Shown here piece after piece: positions 1 through 11,716 of a DNA stretch of 64,000 bases. The notes under the pieces are model-generated. The model ran no database searches. It saw only the letters and a list, made by a program, of their open reading frames with translations, and was not told where the DNA came from. The position numbers and the translations under genes are program-made. The stretch is from assembly GCA_951406725.2 (NCBI GenBank), contig OX597823.1, positions 84,568,001 to 84,632,000 on the forward strand, read 5' to 3'. The first letter of the stretch is position 1, and every line of letters begins with the position of its first letter. Source of the stretch: Octopus vulgaris (Eukaryota).

Positions 1-413
1 AAGAAAAAAATGCTTTCTAATTGATGTATCAGTACCGGCAGATGACAACGTGTCTCTAAAAGAAATGGAGAAACTCTCAAAATACAAAGACCTGGAAATA
101 GAGGTAACTAGAATGTGGAATCTGAAAACAGAAACAATTCCTATCATAGTAGGTGCATTAGGCATGATAAAAAAATATTCAGACAAATACATAACAAAAA
201 CACCAGGACTTACAAACACATATAACATACAGAAAATTGCACTACTGGGCACTGCACACATCCTACGCAGAACACTTTCCATACAATAACCATCAGAGCA
301 TCACAACAAATCACAGCACATACCCAAGGCACACAGAGCTGTGCTCGGTAGTGAAGTGAAAGCACGCTATAAAAATAAAAATAAAACTACTGAATAATAA
401 TAATAATAATAAT
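1..413 (+). mobile_element. 3' end of an R4/Dong-clade non-LTR retrotransposon (restriction-like endonuclease C-terminus, 3' UTR, (TAA)n tail)
   Basis: Open frame from the window start reads ..CFLIDVSVPADDNVSLKEMEKLSKYKDLEIEVTRMWNLKTETIPIIVGALG..IQKIALLGTAHILRRTL*, the typical RLE C-terminus (D..P, K..KY, PIIVGALG). Stop at 287-289, then about 100 nt of UTR and (TAA)n at 393-413. Confidence 0.9.
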
Positions 414-415
414 GT

Positions 416-632
416 GCAGGGGTAATCGTATGGATAGTAGTACTAAACGTCTTAAGTAGAAAGACAAGGAAGTTGCTGACTGGATATGGGATACTCTACC
501 CAGAAAGTTACACAGACAGACGGGAAGTGGACTGATTGGATGCGAACACAGCATTAGAGCAGAAAAAATCAACATAGTATGTAAAAAATGCCACAGAACT
601 GCTATTATTGGAAGTAAGACGGTCAGACTTGT
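416..632 (+). pseudogene. Degenerate internal fragment (RT thumb region) of another R4/Dong-like element
   Basis: From 416: AGVIVWIVVLNVLSRKTRKLLTGYGILYPESYTDR, then after a frameshift GSGLIGCEHSIRAEK. This matches the AGIIDW..LDRKTRKLLT..G.LHP....DRLY..GGRGL motif. Flanked by TAA/TAG repeats. Confidence 0.7.
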
Positions 633-647
633 GTAGTAGTAGTAGTA

Positions 648-725
<78 letters not shown>

Positions 726-727
<2 letters not shown>

Positions 728-3222
728 GTTTAAGAAGAGAGAACAGGACGTTTAAGAAGAGAGAGTAAGGACGTTTAAGAAGAGAGAACGATAAAACAGC
801 GCTCCGAAATCTATCCACAAATATGGAAAACAAAGACAACACATGGAGCCAAAAATTTACTGACAAAGGATTGGACTATATCCGAGTAAGTAATACTCAT
901 TGAAATTTATTACTATTTTCGAAACGAAATGATATATTTTAACTCGATATCATCTCCTCCTCTAACACAACACATGTAAACATGCGTGGTACATTACGAT
1001 CCATCAACACCAGATCATCTCCGACCCCAAACACCATGTACAAAAAAACTACGAAGAAATTAAATAACACCGATATTATTCAACCCTAGAATAACAATCG
1101 GGAAGTACGTACTTTAAACTTACAACATAAAATGTACGAAAAACAACACGTGCAAAACAAAGTGACAACAGAAATGAACGGCCCGGTACCCTACGAAAAT
1201 GACGACCGTCAAAATAATGGGCCAGACGTTGTTCATGTCCCGCAAATAAAACCCAAAAGACATAAATGGACACGTGAGGAATACATTTCTATCCTACACG
1301 CTCACTTTACAGCAGTGCTCTACCCAAAGAATGAAAACACAACAACACATACATATAAAATATGGAAGGAAAATAATATAAATATAGACTTGGATACAGC
1401 AATGAACCCTAATAAACTAGCTAACGTACGAAGATACATTCTCAACGCAAAAAAAATATCAGAAATAGAAATAGAACATCTAAAAGAAAAAATACATCAG
1501 GAAAATGTAGATAGAAGCCGCACAACAATGCCCAATAATATAAACACTGAAATAGTAAAACACGAAGACAAACGCAACATTCCCAACAAACGCGATGTAA
1601 ACAAAAAACAACAAACCCAGACCGTAAGGATGCATAATAATACACGACAAACAGCAAGCCAAAACATGACAAACAAACATACAAATAAGAAAGAAAGTGA
1701 CACAAATCTAAAATCTGGAAACAACGAAGGGGAGCCTAATGATTATGATAATATAAAAAGTAGAATAATTAAAGAGCTGAAAACCACAGAGCTCAAAATG
1801 AACCACCGACCATACCTCCCAAAAATCAAAATAGACGAAACAACAACACCAATTATAAACAGCATAAACCTAGCCGTCACGGAACTAATAGCCACTGAAA
1901 CAAAAAGCGATATCACTGAGCTAAATGACTTAGTATACGCAGCAGCCACTGCAGACACAAAAGAAGCTGGATACTCACTCAAACCCGTCCAAACAGGAGT
2001 ACCACCAGCCAAACAAACCCTGTGGATAAATAACATCCAAAACAAAATACAAAAAAATGAGAAAAGATCTGTCGATTCTTAATGAAATCAGTAGACAATC
2101 AACGCTACTGAGCAACAAAAAGAAAACAAAAATACTACGCAAATACAACATCACAGAAAAAGATGTACCTGAGATAAAAGAAAAGCTAAAGCAAGATATC
2201 CTTGCTAAAGCAAGATATCCTTGCTAAAGCAAGATATCCAACAAAAAGAAAACAAAAATACTACGCAAATACAACATCACAGAAAAAGATGTACCTGAGA
2301 TAAAAGAAAAGCTAAAGCAAGATATCCTTGCTAAAGCAAGATATCCTTGCTAAAGCAAGATATCCTTGCCAAAGCACAAAGGATCCGCCGGTATGAGAAA
2401 CGCCAGCGCTTCTATGAACAAAACAAAAAGTTCAACTCCAACCCCCAAAAGGTCTACCAAGAACTTGGCAAAAATAAAATAGAAATCACTGCAGTACCAA
2501 CGGCAGAAGTGGAAGAATTCTGGAGAGAAATACGGTCGGCGAACAAACAACCAAAAAAATGGAGTATTAAAACAACAAACGCAGCATCTGAGCAACTTTG
2601 GACCCCAAATGGCTCACGAAGGGGAAAACCATCTTAATTCCCAAATCGAATGAGACAGCAAAACCAAAAAATACAGACCAATAACCTGTCTCCCTGTAAT
2701 GTACAAGGCATTTACAGCAGTGATATCGCAAAGGTTGAACAAACACCTGGACGAAAACAACCTGTTTACAGAAGATCAGAAAGGATGCCGCAAAGGCTCA
2801 TATGGCTCTAAAGATCAACTAATGATTAATAAAGCCATAACTGAAGACAGCCACAGAAAGAAGAAAGGCCTCAGTATGGCCTGGATCGACTACAAAAAGG
2901 CGTTTGATAGCATCCCCCACACATGGATCTTCGAAACACTAGCCATTAACAAAGTAGCACCAACAATTATAAAATTCATAGGACACTCTATGAATAAATG
3001 GCAAACAGTCCTACACCTCCAAACAAAAGAGGGACTCACAAAAACCAAAGACATCCCCATTAGAAGAGGAATATTCCAGGGAGACACGCTCTCTCCACTC
3101 CTTTTCTGCTTGGCATTATCACCTCTATATGATATGCTAAATAGTACAGGATGCGGATATAAATGTTACGGCAAAACGATCAGCCACCTTTTATATATGG
3201 ATGACCTAAAACTATACGCTGT
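726..3222 (+). mobile_element. 5' part of an R4/Dong-clade non-LTR retrotransposon, disrupted and truncated just after the RT active site
   Basis: Starts directly after (TAA)n. N-terminal motif KWTREEY..NKLANVRRYIL (ORF 1132-2082); AKAQRIRRYEKR..QNKKF..FW (2347-2637); RT motifs WLTKGKTILIPK, YRPITCLP.MYK, QKGC, AWIDYKKAFDS, RGIFQGDTLSPLLF, HLLYMDDLKLYA (2600-3222). Contains frameshifts, an internal duplication and a deletion near 2600. Confidence 0.92.
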
Positions 3223-3794
3223 GTAGGGTGGAAGATTGCAAAGTGGTGTTTGTGGTGGTTGTTGTGATGGTGGTTGTTGGGGTGCTGCTGGTGGTTGTGG
3301 TGTTGGTGATGGTTGTGGTGTAGGTGGAGGTTCTGGTGCTGGGGTGGTTGTAGTGTTTATAGTGATGGTTGTGATGACGGTATGATGATAGTAGTCATTA
3401 TGGTGGTGCTGGCAGTGGTAGTGATGATGGTGATGGTGATGATGGTGGTAGAAGTGATGGTGTTGGTGACGATGTTGGTGGTAATCGTGTTAGTGGTGGG
3501 GATAGCGATGGTGATGGAAGAGGTAATGGTCATCATACTATAAGAGAATGAGTACGACGTTGTAATGATGCTGTCAATCAGCTGGCTTTAATTTCTGATA
3601 TAGGAACAAACCCATATATTTTATGGGGAGGGGTAGTCTATTAACTCTACCCGAGTATTTGACTGGTATTCAAATTGACTCCGGAAGGATAAAAATCTGA
3701 CCATGGCAGATTTCGAAATTAGAAGGTAGAAGGAACGGAAAACAAAGACTGAGGAAAGATATTTCTGCTTTCGTTTCACTCCTCTCTACTATCT

Positions 3795-3900
3795 AATACA
3801 TATATGCATACATACATACATACATACATACATACATACATACATACATACATACATACATACATACTTACATATATGCATACATACATACATACATACA

Positions 3901-3932
<32 letters not shown>

Positions 3933-4764
3933 GACAGACAGGCAGATAGACAGATATACATACAAGTATACATACATGCATGCATATATACATATATACA
4001 TGCATACGCGCAGACAGACGTGCATACATATATACATGCATACATACATGCATACATACATGGATACATACTTACAGACAGACAGAGAGACATGCATGAA
4101 TGCATGCATCCATACATACATGCATACATATATGTATGCATGCATGCATATATGCATACGTACATACATACAGACAGACAGAGAAACATGCATGAATGCA
4201 TGCATACATACATACATACATGCATACATACATATATGCATGCATACATATATGCATACGTACATACATACAGACATACATGCATACATACATGCATACA
4301 TAATGCATATGTACATGAATACACACAGACGGACATGCATGCATATATACATGCTTACATACATCCAGACAGACAGGCATGCATACATACAAGTATTCAT
4401 ACATGCATACATTCATAGATACATGCATAGATGCATACATGTATACATACATGCATATATACAGACAGGTATTGCATATACATATATACATGTGTACATA
4501 CGGGACATATATATATATATGTATACATGAACATATGCATGCATGTAAGTATGTATATATATATATATACATGTGCGCGCACGTTTGTGTATGTAATTGT
4601 GTATGAATGCATATAAGTATATATACACGTATTCGCGCTCATGTGCATGTATGCATGCGTGTATGAATGCGTCTACGTAAGTATATATACATGTGCGTGC
4701 GCGTGCGTTTGTGTATGTATGCATGTATGAATGTTTGTATGAAAGTATAAATACGTGCGCGCGC

Positions 4765-4800
<36 letters not shown>

Positions 4801-5115
4801 GTTAGTGCGTGCACGTGTGTGTATGTATGTATATAATAAAAACGTGTTGAAATGGTTTAGCACAGAGATAGAATGAAAAATTACAAATGAAGAGTAGCAT
4901 ACAGATGCAGACGCGCAATTATGCCCCCACAATACACATACAAAGGATGGGGGGAACACGCTAACAAACATATACAGCAACACACACACTCGGTCATATA
5001 AGCGCATGCACATATACAAATACATACATTGACGCGAACCCATATGCGCGCACGTGCATAACAAAAACATACTAACCATCGCGCACGTATTGACACACAT
5101 ATATGAACACAGTCT

Positions 5116-5179
<64 letters not shown>

Positions 5180-5400
5180 CATATATTTACGAAAATCTCC
5201 ACACGTACACAGAAACAAACTAACACATTTGCGCGAATGAAAAGCACACTAACAGAGCTATATAGTTAAGCACACATACATATATGTGAATATACTGTGT
5301 AGTATGCACACATAACCACACACACACACACAAAGACAGAGTCACTGAAACAGACACACACACACTTGCAAACGAACAAATACATACTGATTTATACGCA
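3795..5400. repeat. Compound (CATA)n/(CATG)/(CA)n microsatellite tract
   Basis: Seen directly; explains the MYVC/HTYI ORFs. Confidence 0.95.
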
Positions 5401-6353
5401 TAAACGCAACAAAATCAGTTAAAAATAATATAAAAGTAAAGGTCGCTGAAAAACTAAATTGTCCCCTCCAAAGTAAAAAGAAAAAAACAACAAAAAGACA
5501 ACAAGCACAAACAAAAAGCTAACAACAATGTAAACACGAAGGAATCCTAATAGAAATGGTTCTCCTTCGTAAACCCCTTCCGTCCAAATATCCCCATCAC
5601 ACCCGACTCCCCCACCCGTCACCACCGAAAGCAAATAAGGAATGAAAAGTGTTAATTAAAATGTCGAAAGTAAAGAATGAACGAATAAAAGATGGCGGCT
5701 GCGGAAGGAGGAGGAGGAAGGAGGAGGAAGAGTAGGAGGAGGAAATTTAGTTTGACGGTTTTTCGAAAGGACAAACATGTTTTCAATGGGAGCAGTGTTT
5801 TTTTTGTGATTCTCCAGCAATTTATGATGGTGGTGGAGGTGGTCATGATGGCGGTGGTATATGTGATGGTGATGTTGGTGGTGGTTGTGATGATGGTGGT
5901 AACGGTATGGTGGTAATAGTCGTTATGGTGTTGGTAGTATTGGTGGTGGTGGTGGTGTTGGTAGTGGTGTCGATAATGGTAGTGGTGGCGGTATGTATTT
6001 ATATTAGTGGTGGTGTTGGCGATAGTATATGTTGTAGGTGTGGTGGTCATGTTGGTGTTTAAGGTGATGCTAGTTGTTGCTGTGGTGGTGGCGGTTAAGA
6101 TATTTGTATGTGTTTGTATATGATGGTGGTGTTGTACGTAATTTTAGCAATGGTGGTGGTAGTGGTGGAACTATACGTCCTAGTAGTGGTGGCGTTGGGG
6201 AAACTGGCTTATGTAGTTGTGGCGGCGGTAGCAGTGGTGATTGTAGTATATATAGTGTTGACGAGCGTATATCTATAGAAAGATAGCGGTAATGGTCGTA
6301 TATATAATCGCTGGGGGTTGTGATAGTAGTATATTAATGGTTCTTGTAGTGGT

Positions 6354-6398
<45 letters not shown>

Positions 6399-6402
<4 letters not shown>

Positions 6403-6690
6403 CGTGATCACCGTGACCGACCAGGCTATCAGATGCTGTTACACATCGCTGGTCACAATGCGCTTCGCATTGTTTTAGCCTTCAAATGACGCCACCCCGC
6501 TGGCTAAGCGAGCAGGCCAACAGAAGAAAGAGTGAGAGAAAGTTGTGGCGAAAGAGTACAGCAGAGATCGCCACTACCCCCTGCCGGAGCCTCGTGGAGT
6601 TTTAGTTGTTTTTGCTCAATAAGCACTCACAACGCCCGGTCTAGGAATCTAAACCACGAGGCCGTTGCCCTAATCACTGGGCCATTGCCC
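6399..6690 (-). mobile_element. tRNA-derived SINE (family C)
   Basis: Minus strand begins GGGCAATGGCCCAGTGATTAG (A-box-like). The body (CTCCACGAGGCTCCGGCA..CTCTCACTCTTTC) is shared with the copy at about 25800-26066. Confidence 0.7.
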
Positions 6691-6734
6691 CTCACACACA
6701 CACATAAGTTTGGTGGTAGTATATGTTTTAGTAG

Positions 6735-7300
6735 CATTCTCTGTCTTTCATGCACCAGTTGTAGCACTCCAGCCACTTTGTGAAGGCCCCTTGGAAAGCC
6801 TTCACATTGAAGATGTCCAGGGCCCTTGTCACAGTCTCCTTCATTTTCTCTTTCGTCTAGGGAGCAAGGTGAAGAATGTAGGGAGAGTGAGGGATAGCTT
6901 TAATGCCCATCTCTGTTCAGTATTTGGTTACCGAAATCTCTCCCTGAACTCCCTCAAAACCTCCACAAAGTATTCTTTGTTGACTGCCTGGCCGGAGAGA
7001 ACCCAGTGGTTGTAGATGATGCTTTTGCTTTCGAAAAAGGGGATTATCATGAGGTCTCCGGAGGTCTTGCTTTGTCTTGCCTCTTGCGTCAGCGAAAAAC
7101 ATGCTCAGCTCATGCAAGTTAATCTATAAGCAACCTGGAGCAATCCGTACGTCTCTGTAGCGTTTTTGCTTTGTTTAACACAAAACTTTGTAGCATCGCG
7201 AGCTTCCAAATTGTCTTCACGTCCCGAGTACATTCTGTAAACTAGTCATCTGTGACTAGCAGGTTTTAATTTGAAAGTGTTGTTTCAGATGTTTCATTCA
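6735..7300 (-). mobile_element. Internally deleted, decayed mariner (DD34D-type) transposon
   Basis: Minus-strand peptides across frameshifts: ATKFCVKQSKNATETYGLLQVAY..CMS; ARQSKTSGDLMIIPFFESKSII..GQAVNKEYFVEVLREFRER; IPHSPYILHLAP; FQGAFTKWLECYNWC. These are collinear with mariner transposase. Confidence 0.8.
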
Positions 7301-7579
7301 ATCTGGAATAACAAAAGTTGACAGGTCAGCTTATTAGCTGTATAGAGAGGAGCACTCCGTCGGTTACGACGACGAGGGTCACAGTTGAGAGGATCAACGG
7401 AACAGCTGGCTCGTGAAATTAACGTGAGCACCCCTACGTAATTCTCAGGGAGATTCAACGTGACAAAGAGTGTTACAAGACTGGCCCTTTGAAATACAGG
7501 TACTACCCATTAAACCATGCGCCTTTACAGCTGTAAGGATATCCTAAGATGACAATAATATAGAACATATATCCGTTTC

Positions 7580-7972
7580 TACGCTAGGCACAAGGCCCGA
7601 AATTTTGAGGGAGGAGGACTGTCGATTTGATCGACCCCACTACGCTACTGGTACTTGATTTATCGATCCCGAAAGGATGAAAAGAAGCAAAATCGACCTT
7701 GGTGGAATTTGAAACCTGAACGTAAAAACAGACATAATACCTATTTCTTTACTACCCACAAGGGGCTAAACACAGTGAGGACAAACAAGGACAGACAAAC
7801 GGATTAAGTCGATTATATCGACACCAGTGCGTAACTGGTACTTATATAATCGACCCCGAAAGGATGAAAGGCAAAGTCGACCTCGGCGGAATTTGAACTC
7901 AGAGCGTAACGGCAGACGAAATACGGCTACGCATTTCACCCGGCGTGCTAACGATTCTGCCAGCTTGCCGCC
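7580..7972 (-). mobile_element. tRNA-derived SINE family A, dimer
   Basis: Minus-strand head GGCGGCAAGCTGGCAGAATCGTTAG, B-box GAGTTCAAATTCC, core GCCTTTCATCCTTTCGGGGTCGAT..GTACCAG. A second, headless unit is joined at 7740/7741. Confidence 0.9.
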
Positions 7973-8644
7973 TTAATTATATATATATACACCACAACAA
8001 GAACCAGTAAATATAATACTATTAATTTAGAATATATATTACTGCCTGTCCGAAAAGTTTCGAATCTTCTGGGATGCACCTCGTATATCGTGACGGTGGT
8101 AGTAGTGCTGAATCGTGAAGGCACCTCGCTTAATGCTTAGAGTATTCGGTTCACAATGGTAAGAACGTGAGTTCGATTCCATACGGCGCTTTATCTTCTT
8201 GAGCAAGACACTTTATTTCACGCTGCACTTAGCTAGCAAAAATGAGGAGCACCTGTTATTCAAAAGGCCAGCTTTTTCCCATTCTGTGTCACTCTAAATC
8301 TCTCTAAGAACTACGTTAAAAAAATTAGAAGAAAATAGCATTTTATATGTTTGATCACATAACAAAAATGTGTGTTAATGTGTATTTTTACCATTAACGC
8401 AGGTATACATGTATTTAAGTGTGCATGTGTCACTGTGTGATTTTATTTCTATATGTATGTATGTAGGTATATATATATACACATATATGTGTGTCCGTGT
8501 ATGTATGTATGTATTTATGCATGCATGTATTTATGTAGATAAGCATGTGTATGTGTAGGAAGTAGATATATGTGCGTGTGTATCTTTGAATGTTTTTAAT
8601 ATTGTAAGCATAGTCTTGTTACTTGCATGAAGGTGTGAAGGCAT

Positions 8645-8985
8645 GCGTGAAGGCATATGGCTCAGTGGTTAGAGCCTCGGGCTCACAATGATGAGGTTGT
8701 GAGTTCGATCCCCGTACCGGCTACTTGCTGTGTTCTTGAGCAATACTTTATAATTCACGTTGCTCCAAGTCATTCAGCTGTCGAAATCAGTTACGACGTC
8801 ACTGATGCGAAGCTGTCTCGGCCTTTGCCTTTCCTTTGAGCAACATCAGTTACGAGGAGAGAGCAGGCTGGTGGGCGACTGCTAGTCTCCCATAAAATCT
8901 TTATCCAAACTTGTGCCTCGGATGGTAATTTATTAAGTGCAAATCCACGGTCGTCCATGACCGAAGAGGATCTTTACCCTTTACT
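8645..8985 (+). mobile_element. tRNA-derived SINE (family D)
   Basis: TGGCTCAGTGGTTAGAGC (A box), GAGTTCGATCCC (B box), then the TGTGTTCTTGAGCAA..TTCACGTTGCTCCA core. Related pieces at about 7352-7525 (-), 8115-8320 (+), 24980-25305 (-) and 51622-51927 (-). Confidence 0.8.
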
Positions 8986-9859
8986 CTGTGTGTATGTGCA
9001 AGGTGTGTGTGTGTGTGTGTGTATGTGTGTAGTTCCGTTTCTGTATGTATGTCTCATGGTATTTATTTCCATTCTTGTATGCTTGTGAGCGTATGCGTGT
9101 GCCTTCAGGAAAGTGTACGACTGTGTATGCATCGTGTGTATGTGTAAATGTTTAAACTTTTGTGTGTGTGTGTGACTATGGGTTGTTTTGTGTGAGGGCG
9201 TATAATATTGTGCACGTGTATCTGTGTGTTCACAATGCGTTCGATATTTAATAGCTGCGCTTTATGTATGTGTGTGTAGGCGTGTGTGTGTGTGTGTGTG
9301 TAAGTTCCGTTTCTTTAACTGTGTTCCTGTGTACTTCCGTTTCTGTATGTGTCTGTATGTGTATGCGTTTTCATGAATGTGTATGGCTAAATATACGTCA
9401 ATGCGTATGTGTGTAGCGTATGTTTTCTACTGTTCTTTATAACATAATAATGCAATGTCAACGTGTCAACAAATACGGGGAGAGAGAGAGAGAAGAAGAA
9501 GAAGAAGAAGAAGAAGAAGAGAGAGAGAGGAGATACAACGACGTCGACGATGACGAAGATGATGATGATGTTGATGATGAAAAGGAATGTAATTATGAAT
9601 ATAAATGTGGTGATGAAGCAGATTGACGACGACGACTAAGAGGAAGAAGAAAAAGAAGATGAAGAAAAATCTGAAGATGATGATGATGATGAGGTACAGA
9701 GGAAGAAGTTGAAGAAAATCTAGAATAAAAATTTAGAGAAATTGAAGAAAAGGAAGAATTGGTGGAAGAAGAAAAAGAAAAGGAAGAAGGAGATGCGGAA
9801 GAAGGAGAAGCGGAAGAAGGAGAAGCGGAAGAATGAGAAAAGAAGGAATTATAATCTTT

Positions 9860-10462
9860 TCTAATCTAGGCATAAGACCTGAAATTTTGGCGGGAAGGGG
9901 GGGGGCAGTCGATTACATCGACACCAGTACGCAACTGGTACTTAATTTGTCGACCCCCGAAAGGATGAAAGGTAAAGTCGACCGCGGCGGAATTTGAACC
10001 CAGAACGTAAAATCACTAAGCATTTCGCCCGGCGTGCTAACGTTTCTTATTTCTTTATTGCCCACAAGGGGCTAAACATAGAGGGGACAAACAAGGACAG
10101 ACAAAGGGATTAAGTCGATTACATCGACCCCAGTGCATAACTGGTACTTAATTTATCGACCCCGAATGGATGAAAGTCAAAGTTGACCTCGGCGGAATTT
10201 GAACTCAGAAGGGAAAGGCAGACGAAATACCTATTTCTTTACTACCCACAAGGGGCTAAACACAGAGAGGACAAACAAGGACAGACAAACGGATTAAGTC
10301 GATTATATCGACCCCAGTGCGTAACTGGTACTTATTTAATCGACCCCGAAATGATGAAAGGCAAAGTTGACCTCGGCGGAATTTGAATTCAGAACGTAAC
10401 GGTAGACGAAATATCACTAAGTATTTCGGCCGGCGTGCTAACGTTTCTGCCAGCTCGCCGCC
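9860..10462 (-). mobile_element. SINE family A, trimer with two different junction types
   Basis: Three copies of the family A core, with junctions at 10046/10047 and 10230/10231. Confidence 0.9.
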
Positions 10463-11152
10463 TTAAGAAGGAAAAAAAAAATAATGAAGAAAAAACGATC
10501 GAACGATGGATAGAAGAAGTAAAGAAAAGATATCGTAAACAATGGAGAGGAGAAAGGGAAGCAATGGCAGCAGACGGAAGCAAGTAGAAGAAAACCGGAA
10601 AGGAACTTCGACATTGACAGTTTGGTAAAGAGAGAGAGAGAAAGAAGTTATATGAAATCAACAAACATCTTGAAGCAACTCTCAGTTGTGTCCTTTCTGT
10701 CTTCTCCTGACCCATACACACATCAGCAGCCATTCAGATTTATAATATAATAACAATAACAAACAGCAACAACAATAACAAACAACAACAACAATAACAA
10801 CAACGGCAACAAAGAAATAGTATCAACAATGGCGAGAATAATTGCAAATGCAAATACAATACAATTGAAAAATACAGTCATATAGAAATTTTAAAGAAAA
10901 TCATGTAAAAAAAAAACAGAGACAATATTATGATAAAGAGGTTTAAGAGCGTTGGCCGCAATTAACATACCGCCATTATAATAATCATGTTGATTTCTAT
11001 AGCCATCTGTGTATCATACTTCTGTAAATACATCACGAAATAGCAAATTTACCCTGGTATTCGCCCATGATAATATCGTTTTGGGACGTACTATGTTAAA
11101 AACCACATACACACATATATATAGCTGTAGCAAAAAAAAAGCATCCTGCAAG

Positions 11153-11204
<52 letters not shown>

Positions 11205-11206
11205 TG

Positions 11207-11716
11207 AGGCTTTCCTATTTGGAAGCCTCTTAATGTGTTTTAATGTACACGATATTTTTATGTGAATAATATGTATATATATATTTTGTGCTAGGCCACT
11301 GGTAATAATAATTTCTATAATTTTTATTACCCTAATATTATTTATTATGTTTAAATACGTTTTGATAAATTTTTTCGAATTTTTTCCAGCATCCTCTCAG
11401 TCGCCGGACATAAACTGCATCTGCGCAGTGCATTTGAAAAGTTAGAATATACAGGCAGCAAGTTTACATGCGGAGCTAGTTGTGTGTATATTTAAAATCT
11501 AAAGGCTACCTACTGATGAAGACTAGCCTCAGTAAATATTTTTTTTACTGAAATTAGTGAGAAACCATGGTCTAGGAACTAAATTAGATGGTAAACGTTT
11601 TTATTTTCATTCCTTTCGAGAATTTATCCCTAATTAGTGGTTTGAGTTTTCTACTGCTCTTTCTAGCACAAGGCTTTCCTATTTAGAAGCTTCTTAATGT
11701 GTTTTAATGTACACGA
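11207..11716 (+). mobile_element. Non-coding hammerhead-containing element (Penelope pLTR/retrozyme-like) with a 46-bp terminal direct repeat
   Basis: AGGCTTTCCTATTT(G/A)GAAGC(C/T)TCTTAATGTGTTTTAATGTACACGA at 11207-11252 and 11671-11716, enclosing a hammerhead. Confidence 0.7.
11509..11576 (+). ncRNA. Type I hammerhead ribozyme
   Basis: Stem I CCTA/TAGG; core CTGATGA (11513-11519); long stem II (ACTAG/TTAGT and TCAGTAAA/TTTACTGA); GAAA (11561-11564); palindromic stem III CCATGG; cleavage triplet GTC ending at 11572. Confidence 0.8.

Noticed and set aside
3776-5269. Many overlapping [12 protein letters not shown] ORFs here and throughout the window
   Set aside because: Translations of (CATA)n, (TA)n and (CA)n microsatellites, which lack stops in some frames.
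5688-5916. AAGATGGCGGC (YY1-like motif) at an ATG opening MAAAEGGGGRRRK..
   Set aside because: The ORF runs into GGA and GGT repeats, with no convincing splice donor or other promoter support.
8650-8725. tRNA-like sequence with A and B boxes (also other SINE heads)
   Set aside because: No proper acceptor stem, and it continues into a repeated SINE body, so it is not a tRNA gene.
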